59,784 bases of DNA, from the NCBI GenBank assembly GCA_030754585.1, contig JASMAB010000002.1:1-59784 (forward strand), given 5' to 3'. Position 1 is the first letter of the stretch. Each line of letters starts with the position of its first letter. The notes beneath the pieces were generated by a model. The model was given only the letters and a program-made list of their open reading frames with translations. It did not search any database and was not told the origin of the DNA. The position numbers and the translations under genes are program-made. The DNA is from Nitrososphaerales archaeon (GTDB lineage Archaea > Thermoproteota > Nitrososphaeria > Nitrososphaerales > JACPRH01). This document shows positions 9,594-20,127 of this stretch, one piece after another.

Positions 9594-10619
9594 ATGATAA
9601 AGTTGACTATGGTGGTTATTGGTGGTTTTTTTGGAGATGAAGGTAAAGGAAAAATTGTTTCATATCTTGCAATGAAAGACTCTGTAGCAGCTACAGTAAG
9701 AGGAGGCGTTGGACCAAACGCCGGCCATACAGTAATACATCAAGGAAAAGAATTCAAGTTAAGAATGATTCCCAGTGGAATATTAAATGAGTCATCTAAA
9801 CTAATGATTGGCCCAGGTGTTCTTGTAAATCCAAATGTCTTAATTGAAGAAGCAAGAAAATACAAATTGGAAAAAAGGATTTTAGTGGATCCACAATGTG
9901 CTGTAATTGAGGAAAAACATATTCTTCAAGATAAACAAGGATATTTGAAATCAAGAATTGGGACTACGGGAACAGGAACAGGACCAGCAAATTCAGATAG
10001 AGTTTTGCGTTCCGGTAAGATACTTAATGAAATCGAATCTACATCTAGTTTTTTAGCAGATATTCCACTTGAAGTGAATAGATTAATTGATGAAGGTAAA
10101 CAGGTTCTTGTTGAAGGTACTCAAGGAACATTTCTATCTCTTTATTTTGGAACACATCCATATGTCACTTCAAAAGATGTCTGTGCATCTGCAATCTGTT
10201 CTGACGTAGGATTAGGTCCTAAGAAGATTGACGAAGTAATTGTTGTATTCAAAGCATATGTTACAAGAGTTGGCAGCGGTCCAATAAAGAATGAATTGAC
10301 TGACCAAGTGGCTTCTGAGTATGGTTGGAAAGAGGTGGGCACAGTAACGGGACGCGCAAGAAGAGCTGCACCATTTGATATGGATTTAGCAAAGAGAGCA
10401 GTGATGCTAAATAGTGCATCACAAATAGCAATAACAAAGCTTGATGTTGTATTCCCTGAAGTTGCAGGGGTTACAGAATTTAGAAAGTTATCTAATAATG
10501 CTAAAAAGTTTGTTGAAGATATTGAAGTGTCATTGGGCATACCAGTTGTTTTGATAGGAACAGGCGCAGAAGCGTTTCATACAGTGGACAGACGTAAAGA
10601 GATTCTAGCAAAAAATTAA
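9594..10619 (+). CDS. purA: Adenylosuccinate synthetase (short archaeal form)
   Basis: Motifs seen: GGFFGDEGKGK and GTTGTGTGPA. Confidence 0.9.
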   Translation: MIKLTMVVIGGFFGDEGKGKIVSYLAMKDSVAATVRGGVGPNAGHTVIHQGKEFKLRMIPSGILNESSKLMIGPGVLVNPNVLIEEARKYKLEKRILVDPQCAVIEEKHILQDKQGYLKSRIGTTGTGTGPANSDRVLRSGKILNEIESTSSFLADIPLEVNRLIDEGKQVLVEGTQGTFLSLYFGTHPYVTSKDVCASAICSDVGLGPKKIDEVIVVFKAYVTRVGSGPIKNELTDQVASEYGWKEVGTVTGRARRAAPFDMDLAKRAVMLNSASQIAITKLDVVFPEVAGVTEFRKLSNNAKKFVEDIEVSLGIPVVLIGTGAEAFHTVDRRKEILAKN

Positions 10620-10620
10620 T

Positions 10621-10710
10621 GGCCGAATTGAACTTGCTTCTGAACCTACTTGCCACCCGACTATGAAATGGGCTGGTCGAACCTATGGCTAGTCAGGTAC
10701 TTAACCACAG
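10621..10710. ncRNA. Candidate structured RNA or gene relic (GC-rich island), unclassified
   Basis: About 90 nt are visibly more GC-rich than the flanking AT-rich spacer. Short nested stems are possible: ACCT/AGGT, GCCA/TGGC and CGAC/GTCG. No tRNA, C/D or H/ACA signature could be fitted. Confidence 0.2.
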
Positions 10711-10854
10711 TATGACATATTGGGATTCTTCAATATGTTGCATTTATTCTAGGTTTTCTATTGATTAAATCTTTAGACTTCCTTTCTAGAAATTCTACTT
10801 TAAACAAACATCAAAGGTTTAATTCATGTGGAATGAATCTCCTTTACGAGAGCG

Positions 10855-12195
10855 TTGACAGATATTCAAGGATATAAAGGAGTATCATATAATCTACTAT
10901 CAAAATCAAAAGTTTCTATTGGTGATTTTATTGATGTAAAAACCAACAATGAATCAATTCAAGGGTCTCTTATGCCACGGTATGAATATGCTGATGACCA
11001 ACATATAGTGATCAAAATGAGTAATGGTTACAATGTTGGATTAAGAACTAAGAAAATTATATCTATAAAACTAATTACTAAAAGAAGTGCCCCATCATTT
11101 CAACCACCTAAAACACCAAAATTAGATCCAAAACTTCCGAAAGTAGCTATTATTGGAACTGGAGGGACTATTGCTAGTAGAGTGGATTACCGAACTGGGG
11201 GTGTTCATCCTCAATTTTCTACTAATGAGCTTTATGCTATTGTTCCAGAAATTGGAAAATATGCTCAGATTCATACTGAGCCGCTCTTGAATATCTATAG
11301 TGAACATATCAATGCAGATCACTGGAATATAATAGCTGAAAAAACCGTGAAGGAGATCACTGAAGGATTTGATGGAATCATCATAGCTCATGGAACTGAT
11401 ACTATGGGTTATACATCTGCAGCGCTTAGTTTTGCTCTCTCAAACTCACCCGTTCCAATAATCTTGGTTGGGTCACAGAGGTCAACTGACAGACCATCTT
11501 CAGATGCAGCATTGAACCTTATTGGTGCGGTAGCAAGTGTGACGAGAATCCCTTTTTCAGGTGTTTATGTTGCAATGCATGGGAGTGTAAATGATAGTAC
11601 TGTTGCAATTCATCGGGGTACTCGAGTTCGGAAAAATCATACAAGTAGACGAGATGCGTTCCAGTCAATAGATATTTCACCAGTAGCTTTTTTCAAGGAT
11701 GAGAAAGTTGAGGTTCTTACAGAAGATTTGCCACTGAAAAATTCATCACTACAATTTAAAGCAAGGTGCCAATTCGAAAAAGATGTTGCTCTAATTAAAT
11801 TTTATCCAAGTTTCAATTACAAGATAATTGATCATCTCGTAGATTCAGGATATAGAGGGATAGTTTTTGAAGGAACCGGACTAGGTCATTTAGGTGAGGA
11901 TTGTTACCAATCTATTGATGATGCTGTAAAAAAAGGTCTTCTAGTAGGAATGACTTCTCAATGTATCTGGGGGCGAGTCAATTTAACAGTGTATGATTCA
12001 GGAAGAGACCTTCTAAAAATTGGCGTGATTCCTCTAGGCGATATGCTTCCAGAAACAGCATTGGTGAAAATGATGTGGGCTCTTGGAAACGCTCAATCTG
12101 GTAAAGAAGCCGAAATATTAATGCATGAAAATATTGCTGGTGAATATCTGGAAAGATCTACTTTCGAAAGGAGAAAAAAATATGAGTTTATTTGA
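10855..12195 (+). CDS. gatD: Glu-tRNA(Gln) amidotransferase subunit D
   Basis: Asparaginase-type motifs GTGGTIAS and HGTDTM are present. The start is TTG. It overlaps gatE by 14 nt. Confidence 0.9.
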   Translation: MTDIQGYKGVSYNLLSKSKVSIGDFIDVKTNNESIQGSLMPRYEYADDQHIVIKMSNGYNVGLRTKKIISIKLITKRSAPSFQPPKTPKLDPKLPKVAIIGTGGTIASRVDYRTGGVHPQFSTNELYAIVPEIGKYAQIHTEPLLNIYSEHINADHWNIIAEKTVKEITEGFDGIIIAHGTDTMGYTSAALSFALSNSPVPIILVGSQRSTDRPSSDAALNLIGAVASVTRIPFSGVYVAMHGSVNDSTVAIHRGTRVRKNHTSRRDAFQSIDISPVAFFKDEKVEVLTEDLPLKNSSLQFKARCQFEKDVALIKFYPSFNYKIIDHLVDSGYRGIVFEGTGLGHLGEDCYQSIDDAVKKGLLVGMTSQCIWGRVNLTVYDSGRDLLKIGVIPLGDMLPETALVKMMWALGNAQSGKEAEILMHENIAGEYLERSTFERRKKYEFI

Positions 12196-14089
12196 ACCTG
12201 AAGAAATTGGTTTGAAAGTTGGACTGGAAATCCATCAGCAGCTCAATACTCCGACGAAGTTATTTTGTAGATGCAAGAAATTTGAAGATAGCTTTGTAAA
12301 CACAATGTATAGAACTCTCAGACCTACCCAGAGCGAATTAGGTAAAATAGACCCAGCAGCACGCTTCGAGTTTGAAAAGAATTTAAGAATAAAATACGAA
12401 ATTGGAGAAAATTCATCTTGCTTAGTGGAATTAGATGACGAACCACCGCACTCAATAAGCATGGAAGCTGTAAAAACATCATTAATAATTGGTTTAGCAC
12501 TCAGCTCAAATCCCATTAATGAGCTTCATGTTATGCGGAAAATAGTGATTGATGGTTCCAACACAACAGGTTTCCAGAGAACTCTAGTTGTATCCACTGG
12601 AGGTGAGTTAAAAACAAGTAATCGATCAGTACCTGTCCAAGCAATATTCCTTGAGGAGGATGCAGCAAGGTTATTGGGGGATTCAAAGAATAAACGAAAT
12701 TATGGTTTAGATCGATTAGGTGTGCCATTGGTTGAGGTTGCTTTAGCACCAGTAACAACAACTCCAAAAGAAGTTCAAGAAATAGCTTACGCATTGGGTA
12801 GATTGATGAGATCAACACGACTTGTATCACGTGGACTCGGAACTATTAGGCAGGATGTTAATATCTCAATTTTTGATGGTGAAGTTGTGGAAGTGAAAGG
12901 TGTTCAAAGGCTCGATTTATTAGAGAAAATAATCAATTTTGAAGTTTTAAGACAGAAGAGCCTAATTAATCTTAAAGATGAGTTGATAAATAGAGGATTA
13001 ATACCTGAAGATTTTCAAAATAAACCTAGTGATATCACGGCCTTATTTCAGAAAAACAACAATACAATTCTGAAAAAAGTTTTGAAGAAAGATATGAAAA
13101 TCTACGCTGTAAAACTTAAGAAGCTTTCAGACATTCTTAGTTTTGAAGAATTTCCAGATGTAAGATTTGGACGTGAATTAGCTGATGTAGCACGATTTTA
13201 TGGAATCAGTGGGCTGCTTCATTCAGATGAGATTCCAGGACATGGAGTTACTTCTATTGAGGTGAAAAAAATTAGGCAAAAATTGCATCTGAATGAATTG
13301 GATGGTTTTTTGCTTTTATCAGGTGAAAAAGGAAAGTTAGAGAAAGCTTCAGAAGCAATTCAAAAAAGAATACAATCTGCCTTTAGCGGTGTACCAGCTG
13401 AGACTAGAGGACCTACGCCTGATGGAAAAACCAGGTTCATTAGACCCCGTCCTGGATCAGCTAGAATGTATCCTGAAACGGATATTCCCCCAATAACAAT
13501 AAGTTCAAAACTTGTCAATGAATTAAAACGAAATATTCCTCAACCATGGGAAGAACAGATATTGGAATATATCTCAAAATTCTCTTTAAGCCGTAAACTC
13601 GCTATCCAAATATCTGATTCATCATTCATAGATATCTTTGAAGAATTAGCTAATACCACTAATGTTCCATCAAGTTTAATCGCGGCAACGTTAACAGAAA
13701 CTGTGGTAAACCTATCGCGTGCAGGGCTAGACACCACAATTCTTACGGCTGCTATGATTAAGTCATTATTTACAACGCTTGATAATGGAATAGTTTCAAA
13801 AGAAGCTATTCCTCAGATTCTTGAGCTAATTCTAAAAAGGGAAGTAAAGAATGTTGAAGAAGCCATAGAAAAAATTGGATTGACTGCATTAACAGATAAT
13901 AAATTATATGTATTAGTAAAAACAATTATAGATGAAAATAGAGAATTAATTGACGAAAAAGGTATTGCATCCTTCAGTAACCTTATGGGGCAAGTTATGT
14001 CTGATGCAAGAGGTCGAGTTGATGGAAAGAAAGTGAGCAGTATTTTGAAATCTGAACTAAATAAAACACTTTCATTGGACAATAAATAG
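12182..14089 (+). CDS. gatE: Glu-tRNA(Gln) amidotransferase subunit E
   Basis: The protein begins MSLFEPEEIGLKVGLEIHQQL. The ATG at 12182 is preferred over the track start at 12125. Confidence 0.9.
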   Translation: MSLFEPEEIGLKVGLEIHQQLNTPTKLFCRCKKFEDSFVNTMYRTLRPTQSELGKIDPAARFEFEKNLRIKYEIGENSSCLVELDDEPPHSISMEAVKTSLIIGLALSSNPINELHVMRKIVIDGSNTTGFQRTLVVSTGGELKTSNRSVPVQAIFLEEDAARLLGDSKNKRNYGLDRLGVPLVEVALAPVTTTPKEVQEIAYALGRLMRSTRLVSRGLGTIRQDVNISIFDGEVVEVKGVQRLDLLEKIINFEVLRQKSLINLKDELINRGLIPEDFQNKPSDITALFQKNNNTILKKVLKKDMKIYAVKLKKLSDILSFEEFPDVRFGRELADVARFYGISGLLHSDEIPGHGVTSIEVKKIRQKLHLNELDGFLLLSGEKGKLEKASEAIQKRIQSAFSGVPAETRGPTPDGKTRFIRPRPGSARMYPETDIPPITISSKLVNELKRNIPQPWEEQILEYISKFSLSRKLAIQISDSSFIDIFEELANTTNVPSSLIAATLTETVVNLSRAGLDTTILTAAMIKSLFTTLDNGIVSKEAIPQILELILKREVKNVEEAIEKIGLTALTDNKLYVLVKTIIDENRELIDEKGIASFSNLMGQVMSDARGRVDGKKVSSILKSELNKTLSLDNK

Positions 14090-14183
14090 AAATTCCGATA
14101 ATTTAACGTTTAAAAATTATGGATATAATCTTACCCCTGGAAAAAACAACTAACAATATCATTTCAATTGAAATAAGTTTTAT

Positions 14184-14735
14184 CTAAGTGTCTGTATTTA
14201 TAAGAAGTTTATCCATGACTAGATTAAGTAGTTGGTTCTCACCATCTTTTATATTGATTATTGGTATTTCTTTGATTGATTTACCCTTGTGTATATTGGA
14301 TATCTTTCCTGTAATTGCTAAGATTGGTGGAATAGTTCCATTCAGTCGTTTCTTGGCATCTTCTACATCTTTTGCGGTTATTATCTTCATCACCTCATTT
14401 CTACTTGAAACAATCCAGTGAAATCCTTCAAGAATAATTAAATCAAACTCATCATCTTGATAGAGTTTTAATATGTCATCAAGTTTGTATCCAGGTCCTT
14501 TTTCCTTCCGTATGATTGTAACCTCATCTTCAGATAAACATATTACTCTTTTAGACCCTGCGTTTGCATGTCGCCATGTATCTTTTCCTTCTAAATCTAT
14601 TGAGAAATCAGGGTGATGAACATGTTTTGCAGAACCGATTCTTAATCCCTTTTTCACTAGATTTGTGACAAGATATTCTACAGTTGAAGTTTTTCCTGAT
14701 TTACTGGTTCCAATTATGGCTAATATTTTCCTCAA
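14184..14735 (-). CDS. mobB: Molybdopterin-guanine dinucleotide biosynthesis adapter protein MobB
   Basis: A P-loop IGTSKSGKTS is present. The gene is adjacent to moeA and mobA. Confidence 0.8.
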   Translation of the reverse strand: MRKILAIIGTSKSGKTSTVEYLVTNLVKKGLRIGSAKHVHHPDFSIDLEGKDTWRHANAGSKRVICLSEDEVTIIRKEKGPGYKLDDILKLYQDDEFDLIILEGFHWIVSSRNEVMKIITAKDVEDAKKRLNGTIPPILAITGKISNIHKGKSIKEIPIINIKDGENQLLNLVMDKLLINTDT

Positions 14736-14741
14736 GAATGT

Positions 14742-16013
14742 TCAACTCACTATATTAAAGAACTCTAACCCACCAAATATCTTTACATCTATAATCTCAT
14801 TCTTTTTCTTTTCTGTACCTGCAGGAACAAACGCGTAACCATTAGCTTCGGTTAAGTTTTTCAATATTGATGGATGTTTCTTTAGTGGTACAATTCGGTA
14901 TTTATCGAGTTGTTTATACACTTTAACCGGTAAAACAAGGTCTATTGCAGGTTTTGCAGTGACTTTTTCAGCTAGTAATCCTCTAATATTTGGAAGGAGA
15001 TCGCAAAAACCTAAACCTAGTTGCATATTTAGAATTGGTGTTACCAACAAGTAGAACGTAGCAACAGTTGAACCAACATGACCCGGGAGCATGATTATTG
15101 GCTTTTCTTTAGCCACAGCTACCCCACTACCTTTTCCAGCACTAAGTGATATTCCATGAAAAATAATCCCTGGGTCACCTATTTTTTTTATAACATCTGG
15201 CACATAATCTTTGAGTCCAACTGAACATCCTGCAATTGTTATTATAATGTCAGCTTTTTCTAAACTAGTTCTTATCATATGTTCTATACTATCTATCTTA
15301 TCTTTTGCGATACCCATGATGATTGGTTCGGCATTGAAGTATTCAACTAGACTAGAAATTATGTAAGCATTATTGTTTACAATTTTATTTGAGGGTATTC
15401 CGAATGGTTTTGATAACTCATCTCCTACAGATATTATTGCCACCTTTGGTTTTTTTATAACACTGACAAATTCCAAATTCATTGCCACTAAAAGCCCTAT
15501 GTCTTGAGGTCTTATGATGCGACCTTTTGAAAGGACTATCTCATTCTTCTTTATATCTTCACCGATTTTAGCAATATTTCTATTTTTTTCTATTTGTTTC
15601 ATTATTATTATTTTTTCTTTATCTCTTCTAGTGAATTCCACTTTGACTACTGCATCAGCTCCACTTGGAATGGGTGCACCACATGCCACATATGTTGCTT
15701 CAAATTCTTCTATAGCTACTTTAGTTGGATGATCTGGAGGATATAGCTCTCCTATACTATTGAGTTCTATGGGATTATTTTTCGAAGCATTTTGAATATC
15801 TTTGGTTTTAACTGCGTATCCATCCATAGCCGCAAAGTCATGGTCCGGTAGTGCTTTTTTAGCAATTATATTTTCCGCTAAAACTCTACCCAAAGATTTT
15901 ACACTCTTTATTTTTTCTTCTTTAAGTGTTCTATTCGGGATAGCTTTTTTCATTTTAGATAAAGCTTCTTTATATTTAATCAAATTAAAAAATCTCCGTT
16001 GTTGGCTTTTCAT
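14742..16013 (-). CDS. moeA: Molybdopterin molybdenumtransferase
   Basis: The domain pattern fits MoeA: DGYAV, SGADAVV, and a central MoCF-binding domain with ISVGDEL. Confidence 0.85.
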   Translation of the reverse strand: MKSQQRRFFNLIKYKEALSKMKKAIPNRTLKEEKIKSVKSLGRVLAENIIAKKALPDHDFAAMDGYAVKTKDIQNASKNNPIELNSIGELYPPDHPTKVAIEEFEATYVACGAPIPSGADAVVKVEFTRRDKEKIIIMKQIEKNRNIAKIGEDIKKNEIVLSKGRIIRPQDIGLLVAMNLEFVSVIKKPKVAIISVGDELSKPFGIPSNKIVNNNAYIISSLVEYFNAEPIIMGIAKDKIDSIEHMIRTSLEKADIIITIAGCSVGLKDYVPDVIKKIGDPGIIFHGISLSAGKGSGVAVAKEKPIIMLPGHVGSTVATFYLLVTPILNMQLGLGFCDLLPNIRGLLAEKVTAKPAIDLVLPVKVYKQLDKYRIVPLKKHPSILKNLTEANGYAFVPAGTEKKKNEIIDVKIFGGLEFFNIVS

Positions 16014-16208
16014 CCTATAAATTTCTCCTCTTACTTATCAATTCTAAAGTATTTGTTATCCTAAAAAAAACTTCTTGTTTTTAAATTCCTATTATGGTTG
16101 GTCTAATGTTGAGACTAGTCTTTTTTGATGTGCTCTTCTGACCATACTTACAGACCGATATGACTGTTTGTGTATACTGTATACGTGTTTTTTTGGTATA
16201 ATCATTTC

Positions 16209-16886
16209 TTACTTTGTTGAGTGTTTTCTTCTCAATGCTTGTTTAGCATTCTTAAAATCCTCAGGTGTATTGATATTAAAAAAACAATTAAACTTTGTGG
16301 CTGAGTCCGTAAATCTTTCAATTGGAACGTAATTTATGTGACTTAGCTTATTAATTACATCTTTTATTCGGACTTCACCTTCTTTGACTGCATTCCTAAC
16401 TGCCACAAGAGTCGTTGCAACATTATAAACTGCAAATAGTGGCTCAATATTACCGTTGGACCAGATTGGAATAGCGGTATCAAACCCTTGAACTTCAAGA
16501 TGTAATTGTTTGATCACATTGATGTTTATGAATGGTGTATCAACTGCAAGAATAATTGCGTAATCAGATTCTATTGCTTCGAGACCAGTAAGCATTCCAT
16601 ATGATGCGGCTTTTGTTTCCGTTTTGTCATGGATTATTTTCACAAATCTTGGGAGGATTGATGCGTAATCTTCTTCTTTATCATATTTTCCTATTGCAAC
16701 TATAATATGATCGGAAATCTTAGATGTCTCTCTAACTACATGCATTAATAATGGTTCACCATTAATTTTGAGAAAAACCTTATTGGATTTCATCCTGCTA
16801 CTTTTGCCTCCTGCAAGAATTATTACTCCTAGGTTAATCTTATTAGGTTCTGATGTTTTTTCTAATATCTTTGAATTCAAATGCAC
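16209..16886 (-). CDS. mobA: Molybdenum cofactor guanylyltransferase
   Basis: Motifs seen: GVIILAGGKSSRM and a DTPF-type motif (AVDTPF). Confidence 0.8.
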   Translation of the reverse strand: MHLNSKILEKTSEPNKINLGVIILAGGKSSRMKSNKVFLKINGEPLLMHVVRETSKISDHIIVAIGKYDKEEDYASILPRFVKIIHDKTETKAASYGMLTGLEAIESDYAIILAVDTPFININVIKQLHLEVQGFDTAIPIWSNGNIEPLFAVYNVATTLVAVRNAVKEGEVRIKDVINKLSHINYVPIERFTDSATKFNCFFNINTPEDFKNAKQALRRKHSTK

Positions 16887-17023
16887 CTATGACTGGTAAA
16901 GAAGGACCCTAATATTTTCTTATGAAAAAATTCTCTGAATTATCGTATATCTTGATCTGATTCATATTAACTTAATGTACCTGCTTGAGTCTATTTTGCT
17001 TGAATTTCATCAAGCTATTAATT

Positions 17024-19588
17024 TTACCAGAAGAAATCTTCTAATTTTGTTGCACCAACAATCTCGTCAAAATCATAGCCTAGTGAACTTAATATTTGAT
17101 CAAATGTGCTTCGCATATAATTTTCATATTTTTTGGTATCAACATCGTGGATATTTGCAAGTGCTACCGGTTTTACTCCAGTTGCATTAGTTGTCTTTAC
17201 AAATGAGATTATATCTCCAGCTTTGATCTCTAGACCTTGGTCCACTAGGATTTCGGCAGCTTTTACGTGTTGGGGTCTTGTCTTAGTATATGATTTTGGA
17301 GATTTACTCATTACGATATTAAATGCAAGATCTTCAATAGGTATCTCTTTATTCTTTAACAACCGATACTTTTCTCGAAGATATGTTTTTATCCTTCCCC
17401 TTGCACTTTCGAAATCTCTCTCAGTGATTACTTTACTTAGTATATCTATTGTTTCATAAAATGCTTTTCGGATAAAGGCCGGTGTATGACTTTTTTTTCC
17501 TGTAAGTCCCTTAACATCAACACTGCCATCAGGTAGCACTCCTAAGTAATTCTTTTTTCTCTCACTAAACGCTACATATCTGTATACCTTCTCAAGATCA
17601 AGTTCAATTCCCAGGTCATTTTCTGCCCATCGAGTGATAGTTTTAACTTGGTTTTCTGTAGGACTCTTGAGAAACAAAGAATCAGTATCTCCATAGATCA
17701 CATTTATTTTTAGTTCCTCACACTTCTCTATTGTGTGAGTTATCGAGTATCTTCCCAATGCTGCTGTTGCATCAGCTGCTGGAAGATAATACAGTGGATA
17801 AATTTCTGCCCCCATAACACCGTAGCTAGCGTTTAAGATTACTTTGAGTGCTTGTGAAACAACTTTAGCTAATTCTCTTTCTTCTTTCGTTAAACTCAGT
17901 TTCTTTGAGAGAGGTTTATAATGGTCAACCCTGATATCTCGCAGAGAACCAATTATATTTGAAGTTAGTCCTCTTCTTTTGGAACAAGCCCAGTGTTTAG
18001 TCTCAGGTATCATATTCAACTTACAATTGGAATGTTTGCACCTTACTGTTTCGTAAGAAAGATTATGTACTTTAATTAGACTTGGGTAAAGGCTTGCAAA
18101 ATCTAGAACTGCAACATCAAAATAGACACCACTTTTAGGCTCAACAACGATTCCTCCTTTATACTTCTTTCCTTTAATAATAGCTTCAGATGCCACTGAC
18201 TGTTCTTTACCTTCCAGGTCTCCTCTTCTAGGGATTAAGGCATTCTGTTGTCTGTGTTCAAAATACATCATACTTCTTATCCAGTTTGACACTGAAAGCC
18301 TTGCTACATCATCAATTGGCATCTTTGCTACTCTAGAGATAACTAGAAGGAGTTTCATGAGGAGGTCATCACTGAAACTTGTCAGCCCATATGTTATCTT
18401 AGAATCCTGATAACAATACTTGGCTAATTTGTTATATGACAAATCTCCAATTGTACCTTCAAATTGTATCTTTCCTTCGTTGAGTAGAGCTTTACTTACT
18501 CCATTCAAAGTGTGATCAGTATATCTATTATTGAAGGCGTAACCTTGTATTGAACGGTTATTGAATGTCTTATACAAGTCGATATGAATGCCGGGTCTTA
18601 CATATGCTACATTATTTCCTAAGGATATTGGTATTTCTTCTGACTTGAACCCATTTTTTAATTTCAAAGCACGGTGATATAGATAGTTAAGATCAAAGTC
18701 ATCACCGTTGTATGTTAAAATAAAAGGGTACTGAACTATGTGCTTAAAGACTTCGGAGAGAAGATCTTTCTCATCATCAAAAAATACGGTTTTAAAATCT
18801 TCATTCTTATTTTTTTCGTTTTGTGTACATTCCTTCCTTCTAAGGACCAGAACCTTTCCAAGACCATCACTTCCTACCAAACTAACTGCAATCACTTCTT
18901 GACCAGCTTCGTTTGGGTCAGGTATCCTGTTTTCCTCTTCCGGTACTACTTCTATATCAAGTGCAAGTCGCCTTAATTCTGGAAGAGGTTGACTTAGGAG
19001 TCCTGCCCATTCTTGAATACTTTTTTTGAGATATGACTTAGCTTTTTCTAGTGTTTTTTCAACTCCTTTTTGCATTTCCTCAGGAAGTTTATGCTTAACA
19101 GGAACTATTTTTGATTCCTTTATTCTATAATGTGCACCAATCGGAAATCCTTTATCATAAAGATAAGTTTCGTAATATTTGATATCGGCTTCCCATGATT
19201 CTACTGTATCTCTTATACTTTTTCTATTAAAACCTCCTCCTATGGCAAGCGGGTCCGTGGCAATAATTTTGAACATGTCTATCTCTTTATCAGTTATGAG
19301 GTCATTTTTTTTAATATTCTCGATATCTTTTATATCTGGTCTTTTTTTAATATCATTAATTGTTTCATCAGATATCGATTCAATTTTAACTAAACAGTAT
19401 GGTTTATGGTCTGTATTATCGTACCAATAATGAATTTTTTTTGTCTCGGTGTTGTAAAACTTTAGTGCAGCCACTTTTTTGTTTCCGTTATATGTAGCTG
19501 AAACCAAAATGGATTCGCTAAGATTGATGGTGCTTTTTTCTGAGCTTTTCATCTCAGAAACATAGTCTTGTGTCTGTTCTGTCTTCAA
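17024..19588 (-). CDS. polB: Family B DNA polymerase
   Basis: Exo motifs: LALDIEV, YNGDDFDLNYL and YCYQDSKITY. Pol motifs: DFASLYPSLI, KVILNASYGVMG and IYGDTDS. There is no intein-sized insertion. Confidence 0.92.
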   Translation of the reverse strand: MKTEQTQDYVSEMKSSEKSTINLSESILVSATYNGNKKVAALKFYNTETKKIHYWYDNTDHKPYCLVKIESISDETINDIKKRPDIKDIENIKKNDLITDKEIDMFKIIATDPLAIGGGFNRKSIRDTVESWEADIKYYETYLYDKGFPIGAHYRIKESKIVPVKHKLPEEMQKGVEKTLEKAKSYLKKSIQEWAGLLSQPLPELRRLALDIEVVPEEENRIPDPNEAGQEVIAVSLVGSDGLGKVLVLRRKECTQNEKNKNEDFKTVFFDDEKDLLSEVFKHIVQYPFILTYNGDDFDLNYLYHRALKLKNGFKSEEIPISLGNNVAYVRPGIHIDLYKTFNNRSIQGYAFNNRYTDHTLNGVSKALLNEGKIQFEGTIGDLSYNKLAKYCYQDSKITYGLTSFSDDLLMKLLLVISRVAKMPIDDVARLSVSNWIRSMMYFEHRQQNALIPRRGDLEGKEQSVASEAIIKGKKYKGGIVVEPKSGVYFDVAVLDFASLYPSLIKVHNLSYETVRCKHSNCKLNMIPETKHWACSKRRGLTSNIIGSLRDIRVDHYKPLSKKLSLTKEERELAKVVSQALKVILNASYGVMGAEIYPLYYLPAADATAALGRYSITHTIEKCEELKINVIYGDTDSLFLKSPTENQVKTITRWAENDLGIELDLEKVYRYVAFSERKKNYLGVLPDGSVDVKGLTGKKSHTPAFIRKAFYETIDILSKVITERDFESARGRIKTYLREKYRLLKNKEIPIEDLAFNIVMSKSPKSYTKTRPQHVKAAEILVDQGLEIKAGDIISFVKTTNATGVKPVALANIHDVDTKKYENYMRSTFDQILSSLGYDFDEIVGATKLEDFFW

Positions 19589-19749
19589 TACTTAATCCAA
19601 TACTGTATATTTTAATGATATATTTGCTTTGGATATTGTTTAGCACTATCTTTAATATGATTATTATGTAAGTAAAGTATTGATTATTTTGATTTTATGA
19701 GAGCAATGGTTAAATTCTGATATCTTGAACCGTAATTAGCGAAACGAAT

Positions 19750-20127
19750 ATGACAGGCGAAAGAATCTCAAGATTTTCACAAATTACAGCATTATTGTTC
19801 TTAGCGGCAAGTATATTTTGGTTTTCAATTGTACTATTGCAACAAGGTGATTTGCTACTGGTTCTACCGGGTATTGTCAGTTTATTTTCTGCAGTGTTAA
19901 TTTTTATGCGAAAAAAAGTAATTGTTTTAAGAAGTATAGCATTAGCTGCAGGTTTATACAATCTTCTAATATTTGCATATCACGCTTACTCAGCATTTTC
20001 ACTTATAGGTTCAGGTTTTACCTCATTTGCTTATTTAGCAATATTTGGTTATTCCTTAGGGACCGCTACATTTCTTTTCTTACTTCTTAAGGTGCAGAGT
20101 GACTCAGATGTCTTTCGTTTATCTTAG
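19750..20127 (+). CDS. Hypothetical small membrane protein (about 4 TM)
   Basis: Only a hydrophobic ORF supports this call. It overlaps the convergent next ORF by 41 nt. Confidence 0.4.
   Translation: MTGERISRFSQITALLFLAASIFWFSIVLLQQGDLLLVLPGIVSLFSAVLIFMRKKVIVLRSIALAAGLYNLLIFAYHAYSAFSLIGSGFTSFAYLAIFGYSLGTATFLFLLLKVQSDSDVFRLS

Noticed and set aside
10621-10710. The GC-rich island interpreted as an H/ACA sRNA (ACA at 10707-10709) or as a tRNA or att fragment.
   Set aside because: The ACA is 9 nt from the nearest drawable stem. No K-turn or pseudouridylation pocket geometry is present. There is no T-loop GTTCRANYC with a flanking 5-bp stem, and no similarity to the tRNA-Arg 3' end. I kept it only as an unclassified candidate.
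17024-19588. Possible intein or split in the family-B polymerase.
   Set aside because: All exo and pol motifs occur in the normal order and spacing within 854 aa. No extra domain-sized insertion is present.
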